Made by a program: the position numbers and the translations under genes. A DNA stretch of 64,000 bases from an uncultured Chthonomonadaceae bacterium (lineage in GTDB: Bacteria; Armatimonadota; Chthonomonadetes; Chthonomonadales; Chthonomonadaceae), in the NCBI GenBank assembly GCA_963835065.1, contig CAWIEK010000049.1, forward strand, positions 128,001 through 192,000, given 5' to 3'. Below the pieces are notes generated by a model that did not search any database, was not told the origin of the DNA, and saw only the letters and a program-made list of their open reading frames with translations. Positions 49,857-59,441 of the stretch are shown here, piece by piece (position 1 is the stretch's first letter; the number at the start of each line of letters is the position of its first letter).

Positions 49857-50720
49857 TCACTCGCCGTAGTATTCAAAAATGTTGCGCGAGGTTTCGCGCA
49901 CGAGTACCCGGTAAAGGGAGGCAGGAGCGGGTATGTGGGGCTGCAAGCGCTGCCAGATGATGCGGGTAATCACTTCGGCAGACGGCACGAGATCGGCAAA
50001 TTCGGGCACGTCATGGTTGAAGTGCCGATGGTCGTAGCGGTCAATCACCTCGTGGTTGGCGATTTCATCCAAAATGTCCGGGTCCAAAACGCGCCCGGAG
50101 CGGGCATCCACCGGCCCGGCAACGGTCACTTCCACCTCGTAGTTATGGCCGTGCCCATTATCGTAGTTGCACTTGCCGAACAGTTCGCGGTTGTCTTCGG
50201 CGGAGAGGTGCGGGCTGTGCAGGCGATGCGAGGCGGAAAACTCGTAAACGCGGGTCATCAGCATACCGCCGTCCTCCTTTCTGCGCGACTTGTCATGTTC
50301 CTTATTCGCTTTTTCCGAACGCCATTCCACATAGCAAGTCGGCGTCGCTTCCAGGCGAATCGCGCTCAGTGTGACTTCATCAGGCAGGGAAAAGCGCAGT
50401 TTGTCAGCGATAAAGTCTGCTAGAGTTTCCAGAGTGACAGGGCGGGTTTCAAAGTAGACTACGCTGCGGTTGATGAACTTTCGGTCTAAAACCTGAACAA
50501 CCTGCTGCTTGACAATCTGATCTATCACTTTGATGTTGATTACTACACCCGTCTGCGGACTTATACTTCCTTTTACGCTGACATCCAGCACATAGTTATG
50601 TCCGTAAGGCTCCGGCGAAGCGGCTGCGCCAAAAAGCGCGTGATTTTCCTCTGAAGAGAGTGAGGCCAACCAATCGGCATGAGCCGCGGAAAACGTCAGC
50701 CTGCGAGTCATGATTATCAT
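49857..50720 (-). CDS. Tandem-domain 6-pyruvoyl/6-carboxy-tetrahydropterin synthase
   Basis: Two T-fold domains: FSAAH...YGHNY and FSASHRL...CNYDNGHGHNY...RETSRN. Confidence 0.9.
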   Translation of the reverse strand: MIIMTRRLTFSAAHADWLASLSSEENHALFGAAASPEPYGHNYVLDVSVKGSISPQTGVVINIKVIDQIVKQQVVQVLDRKFINRSVVYFETRPVTLETLADFIADKLRFSLPDEVTLSAIRLEATPTCYVEWRSEKANKEHDKSRRKEDGGMLMTRVYEFSASHRLHSPHLSAEDNRELFGKCNYDNGHGHNYEVEVTVAGPVDARSGRVLDPDILDEIANHEVIDRYDHRHFNHDVPEFADLVPSAEVITRIIWQRLQPHIPAPASLYRVLVRETSRNIFEYYGE

Positions 50721-50736
50721 AATATAAACCCATTTG

Positions 50737-51696
50737 TTAGGCGCGGCGGTACGGGCGGCCTAATGCGGCGGGCGCGCTGCTGCGTTTCGTTCGCCATGCC
50801 AATATGAATACTGTGCCGATGTAGGGCAGCGCCAAAAATATCTGGTAGGGCAGGTGTAATCCCATTGCCTGCCCCCGGTATTGCAGGGCTTCCGCAAACC
50901 CGAACAGCAGAGCGGCAATCAGGCAGCCGAATGGGTTCCAGCGGCCTGCGGTGACAATGGCAAGCGCGATAAAGCCGCGTCCTGCGGTCATATTCGGGAC
51001 AAAGGTGTTACTGTCGCCAATGGATAAAAATGCGCCTGCGATGCCAGCCATTGCCCCGCCGACAATCAGGCATATGGCGCGTTGGCGTTCTACTCTTATA
51101 CCGGACGATTCGGCGGCGGTCGGTTGTTCCCCACAAGCGCGAATTTCCAGCCCGCTGCGAGTGCGGTTCAGCCACCACCAGACAATCAGGGCGGCAAGCA
51201 GGGCGAACGGCGTTAGAAGGGTCAGGCTGCCAGGCCAATCCAGATTCCATGTTTGCAGGCGCTTGAGCCATTCTTGAGAAAGTCCCGTATTCAGGGGCGG
51301 CAGGGCGGCGGTGCTGACGAACTGCCCGGTGGTTCCGAATAGCTTGCGGTAAATGGTTCCGGTCAGGCCAAGCGCGAGAAGGTTGATAACCACGCCGACA
51401 ACGACCTGATTGGCGCTCCAGCGTATGACAAACACGGCGAACAACAACGCAAGCAAAATTCCTGCGAACGCGCCGCAGAGAACGCCGAGATAGGGATTGT
51501 TTAGCGGCAGCCCTGTTGTGGAATGGTGTGGGTACAGGGTTCCCAGCGTGGCGGCAAACGCACCGACAAGCATCATGCCTTCCAAGCCGACATTGACGAT
51601 GCCGGACTTTTGGACGATGTTTTCGCCAAGCGCGGCGATGAGCAGGGGCGTGGCGCTGGTGAGCGTGGCCTGTAATGTTCCGGTGAATGCGTTCAT
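50737..51696 (-). CDS. Nucleoside/sugar ABC transporter permease
   Basis: SGIVNVGLEGMML, RACGEQP, AGRGFIALA, ALGRPY. Confidence 0.92.
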   Translation of the reverse strand: MNAFTGTLQATLTSATPLLIAALGENIVQKSGIVNVGLEGMMLVGAFAATLGTLYPHHSTTGLPLNNPYLGVLCGAFAGILLALLFAVFVIRWSANQVVVGVVINLLALGLTGTIYRKLFGTTGQFVSTAALPPLNTGLSQEWLKRLQTWNLDWPGSLTLLTPFALLAALIVWWWLNRTRSGLEIRACGEQPTAAESSGIRVERQRAICLIVGGAMAGIAGAFLSIGDSNTFVPNMTAGRGFIALAIVTAGRWNPFGCLIAALLFGFAEALQYRGQAMGLHLPYQIFLALPYIGTVFILAWRTKRSSAPAALGRPYRRA

Positions 51697-51711
51697 AGTA
51701 GATTGTTTATT

Positions 51712-52881
51712 TTATTGCGCGTCTGAATCGCTGCCGGTGTGACGCGATTGCCATGCGCGCGCTCCGACAACGGCGAGAACTGCCGCCGCCTGCATTACAT
51801 AGATAATGACGGAAGAGATGCCGTAGAAGCGCGATAGATAGCCGCATCCTGCTGTCAGGCCGCCGAAGAACAGGGCGGAAAACAGGGTTCCAATGGGTTC
51901 CAAACCGCCGAGCAGGGCGACGGGAATGGCGGTATATCCCCATCCCGAAGAAAAGTTCGTGTCCAGACGGGCGCTGATGCCGAGCAGTTCGATTGCGCCC
52001 GCCATCCCGCACAATCCGCCGGAGATTAGCATGGCGCGGCATCGCAGTTGGTCCACAGGAAAACGGGCGACGCGGGCGGCTTCCGGGTTCTGGCCGACAA
52101 CGCGCAGGGCAAAGCCTGTTGTTGTTTTCTGCATCAACATATAAATGACGGGAACGGCAAGGATTGCGAACAGAACGCCACTATGCAGGCGGGTGTGAAT
52201 TCCGCCGGCAAGCGAGGGCGGAATCAGGCGCGTGAATAAAACGGCGTTGGGAAGCGGGTCGGTTTGTTCGCTGATATGCGCGCGTTCCTGAAGAAGTCCG
52301 CCGACAAGAGTTCCCACGAGATACAGCGCAATGTAGTTCAGCATGATGGTGCTGATGACTTCCTGTACGTTGCGCCGAACGCGAAGCCAACCCGCAATTC
52401 CTCCCCACAACGCACCCGATGCAATGCCTGCTATCAGCATGACGAGCGTAAGCAGCGGCGGAGGCAACGCGCCGGCGTATTTACCAATCGCAGCGGCGGC
52501 AAGCGCTCCCATGAGCAACTGCCCCTCGCCGCCGATGCTGAACATTCCCGCCCGCCACGCCACCACAACGCCCAATCCCGTGAGCAGCAGGGGGCACATC
52601 TTTACCAGAGTTTCCGAAAGGGCGTACCAGTGTCCATCCGCGGCATTGCCAACCGCGCCGATCCAAAGGCCGAGGAGCGCCTGACCGGGCGGAACGCCAA
52701 GCAACGTAAACGTGACAAGCAGCAGCGCAATCACTCCTAACGCGCCGCCGATGATGCGCAGCACAGCCAAAATAAGGAGCCGATACAGGGGAACGGGAAC
52801 AATGCTAATCTCTGCCGTGCCGGTGTCTTCCTGCAAGGCCAAAGGAGTATCTGTATCGCGCTGTTCGTCCAGATGGCTCAC
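51712..52881 (-). CDS. Nucleoside/sugar ABC transporter permease
   Basis: FSIGGEGQ, EVISTIMLNY, GYTAIPVALLG. Confidence 0.92.
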   Translation of the reverse strand: MSHLDEQRDTDTPLALQEDTGTAEISIVPVPLYRLLILAVLRIIGGALGVIALLLVTFTLLGVPPGQALLGLWIGAVGNAADGHWYALSETLVKMCPLLLTGLGVVVAWRAGMFSIGGEGQLLMGALAAAAIGKYAGALPPPLLTLVMLIAGIASGALWGGIAGWLRVRRNVQEVISTIMLNYIALYLVGTLVGGLLQERAHISEQTDPLPNAVLFTRLIPPSLAGGIHTRLHSGVLFAILAVPVIYMLMQKTTTGFALRVVGQNPEAARVARFPVDQLRCRAMLISGGLCGMAGAIELLGISARLDTNFSSGWGYTAIPVALLGGLEPIGTLFSALFFGGLTAGCGYLSRFYGISSVIIYVMQAAAVLAVVGARAWQSRHTGSDSDAQ

Positions 52882-54522
52882 GGCATGGGTTCCGATGTGG
52901 GGTCAGTGACAGGCGGCAAAGACATGGTTACGCCGCCGAGCAGCAGGCCGATTTGGGTGGGGTCGTGTCCCTCTGCGTGATACGGCGTCAGGGTTCCGCC
53001 GGAAAGGATCGCCTGCCGGGTCGCAAGCGCGGCGAGTTCGTCAAGATCGGTTGAAATCAGGACAATGGCTGCGCCCTTCGCCTTCGCCTGCCGCAGTTGG
53101 GCGTGAACAAAGCGCGTCGCGCCAATGTCGAGTCCGCGCGTGGGGTTGACGGCAACGATCCATTCCGGCTGCGAATAAAGAGCGCGGGCAACGACAATTT
53201 TCTGCTGATTGCCGCCCGAAAGGGCAGACGCAGGCGTTTGCGCATTGGGTGTGCGAATGTCGTAAGTGTCAATCAGCGTTTGCGCCAGATGCGCGAGTTC
53301 TCTGCGCTGCAAAAACGGTCCATATTTGTGGGCAGGGTCGCGCACAGCATCGAAAAGCAGGTTTGCCTCCACAGAAAGCGAAGTCGCCAGTCCCGCCCGC
53401 CGCCGATCTTGAGGAATATAGCCTGTGCGCGGATGCGTACCTGCCACAAAAGGCTTACCCTGCCATTGCAAACTCCCGGACTCCAAAGGGCGTAAACCAA
53501 CAAAAACTTCCGCCAGTTCGGTTTGTCCATTCCCATCCACGCCGCCGATCCCTAAAATTTCTCCCGCCTGTACTTCTAAAGATACTCCGCGCAGCGCCAA
53601 CTCGCCCCGGTCGCCCCGAACATGCAAGGAGGAGGCAGAAAAAGAAGGTGTTGGGGAGGAAGGAAATGATGAGTGATGAATGATGAGTGATGAATGGGCT
53701 TCTGATTCATCACTCATCATTCCGCGTTCATCATTTCCTTCTGTTCCCTGTTCTCTCTCCTTTTCTCCTTTTCTCCTTTTCCCCTTTTCTTCCCCTTTGC
53801 CGCTCTCTGCAAAATTGGAAGCGCCTATCATCCACGCGGCGAGTTGGGGCGCGTTGGTATCCTGTACGTTGGTGGTGGCGACATTGCGGCCATGACGGAG
53901 GACAGTGACGCGATCTGCGACGGCCAGAATTTCGGCCAGTTTGTGCGCAATGAGGATGATGGAACGGCCTTCGCCGCGCAGTTGCTGCAGGACGGCGAAC
54001 AGTTCGTCTACTTCCTCGCGGGCGAGTACGGCGGTCGGTTCGTCGAAAATCAGCAGGCGGGCATTGGTGGCGAGGGCTTTGACGATTTCTACGCGCTGCT
54101 GTGTGCCAACGGGCAGGTCGGATACGCGGGACGAGTGAGGCAGTGTCCAGCCGAGGGAGTGAGCGCGTTCGAGGGCATATTGCGCCGCCTGAGAAACGCG
54201 GTAATGGCCGGGCTTGCCGCGAAAATCGCTGTCAAGCGCGAGGTTTTCTGCGACAGTGAACGCGGGCACGAGCGTAAAATGCTGATGCACCATCGCAATG
54301 CCGGCATTGCGCGCAAGCCGGGGCGTGGACACGCGAACCGGCTTGCCGTCAAGCAAGATATCGCCCGTCGTTCGGCGTGGTCAGGCCGGACAGGACGTGC
54401 ATCAGCGTGGACTTGCCCGCGCCGTTTTCGCCAAGCAGGGCGTGAATCTCGCCGGGAGCAATACTGAGGCTTACATTGCGCAGGGCGGTCACGGCTCCGA
54501 AGCGTTTGGTGATGCCGCGCAT
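52878..54522 (-). CDS. Two-domain ABC ATPase (CUT2/nucleoside type), apparent frameshift near 54365
   Basis: MRGITKRFG...[12 protein letters not shown] in the upstream frame; [28 protein letters not shown]. Confidence 0.92.
53659..53741. repeat. ATGATGA heptamer hairpin inside the ABC ATPase coding sequence
   Basis: Close copy of 557-635; adjacent TTTTCTCC octamer tract runs to ~53797. Confidence 0.9.
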
Positions 54523-54562
54523 TTCCAATACGTTTGATTTTATATCCGGGTTGGAAATTGTT

Positions 54563-54631
54563 TTACCTCACCCCGGGCGTCCATTTATGGACACCCTCTC
54601 CTTGCCGCGCAACGCGCTAGGAGAGGGGCTT
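54563..54631. repeat. Dispersed palindromic repeat, copy 2
   Basis: Matches 2003-2074. Confidence 0.85.
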
Positions 54632-54691
54632 CTCAGGTTCAACTAAGGTGGGACGACTGAAGAAAGAGGAACATGAATTTGAAGTGACGCT

Positions 54692-55783
54692 TCAGATGGG
54701 CAGTGTGCCGTCGGTAATCTTCTTTTGGGCGTCTTCCAGTTTCTTTTTCAAGTCTGCGGGAATTTTGTCGGCAAGCTGCGGGTTGAGGACGAAGCCGATG
54801 ACGCCGCTTTTCATGTCGTAGGGCGTCGTGGAGGCTTTGAACGTATTAGATTTAACGCTTTTAGCAATCGGCACGAAGGCTTTATCAATGTAAATGGGCG
54901 CGCTGGCGAGGATCACGGTTGGGGCGGCGGAATTCTGGTCGTTGTTGGTTCCGAGCGCGTACACGGTCTTGCCGGACTTGCTGGCGTCTTCAACGGCATT
55001 GAACACGCCTTTGGCGGCGGCGTCCACGTCCTGCATGATAACGTCGGCGTTCTGGCTGAGGAGGGCAGTTGTCTGATCTTTGGCTTTTTTCACGTCGTCC
55101 CAACTGCCCGTATAGGCCGGTTCCAGCACGGTTACGGTAGGGTCAACGGCTTTCGCGCCCTTGACAAACGCGGTGAACACGTCCTGCACCGGCGGAATCT
55201 TTTCCGCGCCCACGCAGGCAAGAATATGCGTTTTGCTCATGCCCGCCGCCAACATGCCTTCAAGGTACGCGCCATCCTGCAATTTCAGAATGATTGGGGT
55301 TGAGTTCGGCCCCGCTTTTTCGCCCGAAGAGATGACGAAAATAGTGTTCGGGAACTGCGCGGCGATTTCGGAGACTTTGGCCTGATACTCGTGTCCATGC
55401 GCAAAAATCAGGCTGTATTTTTTGCTGGCGAAACCGTTCAGGCTTTCGTCGCGGTCACTATCGGATGTACGGTTTTCATCTACGGACGCATCAGCTTCGC
55501 TGAGGTTCAATTCCTGCTTGACGGCTTGCAGTCCCTTGTACGCGCCTGCGTTCCAGCCGTTGTCGCTGGTAGGGCCAGAAGTGATGAGCGCCACTTTGAA
55601 ATCGCCTGCGCTGCCGTTCGCGCCGGTTGTGGGCGTGGTGGTTGAACCGGAAGTGGAAGGCGTTGCGCGAGAAGTATCAGGCTTTTCATCGGGTCGTCCG
55701 CAGCCGGAAAGGGCGAGGAAGGATGCGGCGCAAGCGAGTAGGAATTGCGAACGAGTAAATAGATTGGTGGGAAAGCGCGTCAT
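54692..55783 (-). CDS. BMP-family ABC substrate-binding lipoprotein
   Basis: Lipobox LSGC, DNGWNAGAYKGL, AYLEGMLAA, YTGSWDD, ADVIM. Confidence 0.93.
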   Translation of the reverse strand: MTRFPTNLFTRSQFLLACAASFLALSGCGRPDEKPDTSRATPSTSGSTTTPTTGANGSAGDFKVALITSGPTSDNGWNAGAYKGLQAVKQELNLSEADASVDENRTSDSDRDESLNGFASKKYSLIFAHGHEYQAKVSEIAAQFPNTIFVISSGEKAGPNSTPIILKLQDGAYLEGMLAAGMSKTHILACVGAEKIPPVQDVFTAFVKGAKAVDPTVTVLEPAYTGSWDDVKKAKDQTTALLSQNADVIMQDVDAAAKGVFNAVEDASKSGKTVYALGTNNDQNSAAPTVILASAPIYIDKAFVPIAKSVKSNTFKASTTPYDMKSGVIGFVLNPQLADKIPADLKKKLEDAQKKITDGTLPI

Positions 55784-55829
55784 GTCCAGTCTCCATGTGA
55801 GGATTGTAGTAAAACTTCTGTCTTCTTTT

Positions 55830-56864
55830 CTAAACCTTGTTCGGTTGTACATGCGGCAGGAGCAGCGAGTTTAAGAGCGCGTCCGGCGGCTGCGCGTGGG
55901 GCCAGGCAAAGGCGTGGCGGAACGCGGCGTCCTGACATTTGCGCAGTTGGGTAAAGTCTATGATGTCCTGCGTTAAAAGGTTCTCGAACTCGAAGGGCAG
56001 GCGCACGTTGTGCAGGCCGGGATTATCAGTGCAAATGGCGATGTCTACGCCCGCTTCTTCGCACTTGTCGAACACGGTGCGCAGGGCGCTTAATTCTTCC
56101 AGCGTACCGGTTTTCAGGTAGGACGTGGGGCACACTTCCAGGCATTGCCCGCGCTGCGCCACGTCGTCAAGCAGTTCGGGAAAGCGCAAGGGGATTTGGA
56201 TGCCGTGCCCGATGCGGTTCAGATAGGGCAGCAGTTGCGGGTAAAACCCGTTGGTTGTCTCGAACAGGTGACAGGTTGTTTTCAGGCCGAGCGCGCGGGC
56301 ATATTGAAACAGGCCAATAAATTCTTCCAGACGCGCGCCGTACAGCGTATCCGGGCCGGCAAGGTCTATGCCGCAGACAAACGAAGGTTCGCCGGCGGCG
56401 AGTTCCACAATAGCCTTGTTGACGGCATAAGGCAGGCGGCTGTGCATGCACAAAATCTGGCGCATCAGCAGCGGGTAATCCTGATTGTAACTGTTCGCGC
56501 CGATCATGCGAACGATGTCGCGCATTTGCGCAATCCGGTCGGCTTCGGAACGGTTCGGGTCGGTGCGGTAATAGGCGGTATGCCGCAGTTCCAGATACAG
56601 AATACCCTCGAACACATACGCGCCCCGTATCAACTTCGATACAAAATAGGGCAGGGTTTCCACGAGCTGAACATGTTCTACCATCGTATGCAGTTCCAGA
56701 AATTCCGTCAGAGTGGCGCGGGGATAAGTGACGAACTCCTCAAACTGCTCGTACTGCGGAAATTCCTCCGCTAAGGGATGCCCGGTACGCTTCAAGAAAC
56801 GCCAGAAAATACGGGGCACAACCGCTCCTCCGAGGTGGCGGTGCAGGTCGGCATGGAGAGGCAT
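55830..56864 (-). CDS. Adenosine deaminase family protein
   Basis: DLHRHLGG, GIDLAG, HLFE, RIGHG, EVCPTS, TDNP. Confidence 0.9.
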   Translation of the reverse strand: MPLHADLHRHLGGAVVPRIFWRFLKRTGHPLAEEFPQYEQFEEFVTYPRATLTEFLELHTMVEHVQLVETLPYFVSKLIRGAYVFEGILYLELRHTAYYRTDPNRSEADRIAQMRDIVRMIGANSYNQDYPLLMRQILCMHSRLPYAVNKAIVELAAGEPSFVCGIDLAGPDTLYGARLEEFIGLFQYARALGLKTTCHLFETTNGFYPQLLPYLNRIGHGIQIPLRFPELLDDVAQRGQCLEVCPTSYLKTGTLEELSALRTVFDKCEEAGVDIAICTDNPGLHNVRLPFEFENLLTQDIIDFTQLRKCQDAAFRHAFAWPHAQPPDALLNSLLLPHVQPNKV

Positions 56865-56878
56865 AAACGTGTCCTTGC

Positions 56879-57994
56879 TTAAACTTGGGAGCGAACAATG
56901 TTGTCATACACGGTTGCGATGTTGTTTATCATACGTTCGAGCGTGTAGAGTTGTTCAACCCGTCGGCGTCCCTGCAAGCCCATTTCACGGCAGCGGGCAG
57001 GCGCTTGCAGCAACATCGTCAAATTCTCGGCAAGCGCGGAAACGTTTTCGGGCGGAAAGAACAGGCCGGTTATATCGGGAACGATAGTTTCTGCCAGTCC
57101 GCCAACCTGCGCGGCAACGACAGGTTTACGCGAAGCCATTGCTTCCAGAGCGACAATTCCCTGACCTTCCTGACGAGAAGGCACGGCGACAACATCAGCG
57201 GCGCGAAGGATGGGAACGACATTATCCACTCTGCCGACGAAGTGACAGGCGACGTTAAATTCAGACGCAAGGGCGCGAAGCGTTTCCAGTTCCGGGCCGT
57301 CACCGGCAATCAATAAATGCGCGTCAGGCAGTTCATTGCAAACAGTTGCAAACGCGGCAAGGAGCAAGTCAAACCCTTTTTCATGCGATAAGCGCCCGAT
57401 GGCGACTATTAACGGAGCCGTGTTGGGAATGTGGTATTGGGCGCGAATGTCCGTTGTATCGGGCGGGTCGAAGGCCGCGAGTGCAACTCCGTTGGGAACA
57501 ACCTGTATTTTCTCGTTCGGCAGCCCTGCGGCGGTCAGCGTGTCCGCAACGGCCTGCGAGACGGCGAGAATACGCTTTGCAGAGCGTCCGATGGCGCGGA
57601 AAAGAATGCGCTGTAAACCGCTCATCGGCGGCACAAGGTTGTGAGCGGTAAATACAGACGGAACGCCTGCCCGCTTCGCCGCCAACACGCCGATCAGCGC
57701 GGCGCGTAGTCCGTGCGCGTGAACTAAATCAGCCTTGCCCCTTAACTGCTTTGATAGGGCATAAATCAGGCGTAAATCTGCCGCAATGTTGGTACGGGCA
57801 CTGATGGCAACCGGGTGCAAAATCACGTTCGGCGCGGCAGTGTCCAGCGTGAAGTCAGCCGGGGCATACACTGCTGACACGAACCGCTTACTATCCAGCC
57901 CCGACGCCAACAGTGAGACGTGACGGCGGATACCGCCCTCGGCAGGCCGCACCACTTGCGCCACGCGGACAATAGAATTGTTAGTGTTCAGCAT
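56879..57994 (-). CDS. Glycosyltransferase family 4
   Basis: VHAHG, GRLSHEKG, EGQGIVALEAMA. Confidence 0.93.
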   Translation of the reverse strand: MLNTNNSIVRVAQVVRPAEGGIRRHVSLLASGLDSKRFVSAVYAPADFTLDTAAPNVILHPVAISARTNIAADLRLIYALSKQLRGKADLVHAHGLRAALIGVLAAKRAGVPSVFTAHNLVPPMSGLQRILFRAIGRSAKRILAVSQAVADTLTAAGLPNEKIQVVPNGVALAAFDPPDTTDIRAQYHIPNTAPLIVAIGRLSHEKGFDLLLAAFATVCNELPDAHLLIAGDGPELETLRALASEFNVACHFVGRVDNVVPILRAADVVAVPSRQEGQGIVALEAMASRKPVVAAQVGGLAETIVPDITGLFFPPENVSALAENLTMLLQAPARCREMGLQGRRRVEQLYTLERMINNIATVYDNIVRSQV

Positions 57995-58130
57995 ACCCCA
58001 TTCGCATTAGATTGTGGATGGCGGAAGAAGAGTTGTAAACCGCGAAACACACGAAATAAACGAAAAAGAACCAAAAACAGGAAAGCAGAGACGCCCTACG
58101 TGATTAAACCTGAGTCAAAGGTCATGGTTA

Positions 58131-59183
58131 TCAGCGAGGCACTTCGATACTTTGAAGGATGGATTCTATTACGCGGTCGGTGGTATAGCCTTCGATTTCG
58201 GATTCGGCGCGAAGCATCAGGCGGTGACGCAGGACGGGAGGAGCCATTTGCTTCACGTCGTCGGGCGTCACAAAGTCGCGCCCACGCATGGCGGCGAGCG
58301 TTTTGGACGTGAGCAGCAGGGTAATGGCGGCGCGGGGGCTGGCTCCAAGCGTCAGATGCCGGTTGTCGCGGGTAACGCGAACAATCTGCACCATGTAGCG
58401 CTGAATGGCGGCATCCACGCGAACGCGGTCAATTTCGGCCTGATAGCGTGGAAAATCCTCCATGCGCAGGGCGGGCAGGATGTTTGCCGCATCAAGATGC
58501 TGGGAACGAAAGCCGCTTTGTACGCGGGCAAGGATGTTTTGCTCGTCTTCCATGCCGGGATAAGAAACGACAACTTTGAGCATGAAGCGGTCCAGTTGGG
58601 CTTCCGGCAGGGCATACGTGCCTTCGTACTCAATCGGGTTTTGGGTGGCGCAGACGAGAAAGGGGGCGGGCAGGTCGTGCGAAACGCCGTCAATGGTGAC
58701 GCGGCGTTCCTCCATCGCTTCCAAAAGTGCCGACTGTGTTTTGGGCGGCGTCCGGTTCACTTCGTCGGCCAGAACAAGCCCCGCGAAAAGCGGTCCTTTC
58801 TTGAGGTTGAACTGCTGAGAGCGCGGATCGAAAACGCTTGTGCCCAGAATATCGGACGGCATCAGGTCGGGCGTGAATTGGATACGCGCAAAAGACGTGT
58901 TGAAAATGCGGGCGAGGGTGCGGATGGAAAGGGTTTTCGCCGTGCCGGGAACGCCTTCGAGCAGCACATGCCCGCCCGCAAGCACGGCAACCATGAGCAT
59001 CTCTACCAGTTCGTTCTGCCCGACAAGCGTTTTGTGCATTTCGTTCGCAATGCGTCCGGCCAGTTCCCGCGTGGTAGAAGGCGCGGAAGCGGGAACGGAA
59101 GCAGGGAAGGCAGACAGATGCGGCAATGGGGCAGGCGAGGGGGCAAAAAAAGGTTCTGGCTGTGCATCACTGGTATCGGGCAC
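58131..59183 (-). CDS. MoxR family AAA+ ATPase
   Basis: [49 protein letters not shown]. Confidence 0.96.
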   Translation of the reverse strand: MPDTSDAQPEPFFAPSPAPLPHLSAFPASVPASAPSTTRELAGRIANEMHKTLVGQNELVEMLMVAVLAGGHVLLEGVPGTAKTLSIRTLARIFNTSFARIQFTPDLMPSDILGTSVFDPRSQQFNLKKGPLFAGLVLADEVNRTPPKTQSALLEAMEERRVTIDGVSHDLPAPFLVCATQNPIEYEGTYALPEAQLDRFMLKVVVSYPGMEDEQNILARVQSGFRSQHLDAANILPALRMEDFPRYQAEIDRVRVDAAIQRYMVQIVRVTRDNRHLTLGASPRAAITLLLTSKTLAAMRGRDFVTPDDVKQMAPPVLRHRLMLRAESEIEGYTTDRVIESILQSIEVPR

Positions 59184-59441
59184 GTTGAAGTCTCCTGAGC
59201 AGAATATCTCACTCGTGTGAATTTTAGCGTTCTTGACTGTTACGAAATTGGAAGCAGAAAATTTCAGACGGGCATAAAGTGCGGCGAAGGGGATTGATTA
59301 ACCAGCATATCGCAAATCAACATGCGAAAATCGCAAAAATTGTTTGCCAAATAATGCAAATACCTTGCAGATGAAAAACTGTTTGTGATACCATTCTTTC
59401 ATTCAACTTCCCACTTGTCTTTCGTCACGAAGGAGGATACA

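Noticed and set aside
48545..50720. 7-deazaguanine DNA modification (dpd) or queuosine cluster
   Set aside because: No queC, queE, dpdA or tgt nearby, and the PTPS motif is C-x5-HGH rather than QueD-type
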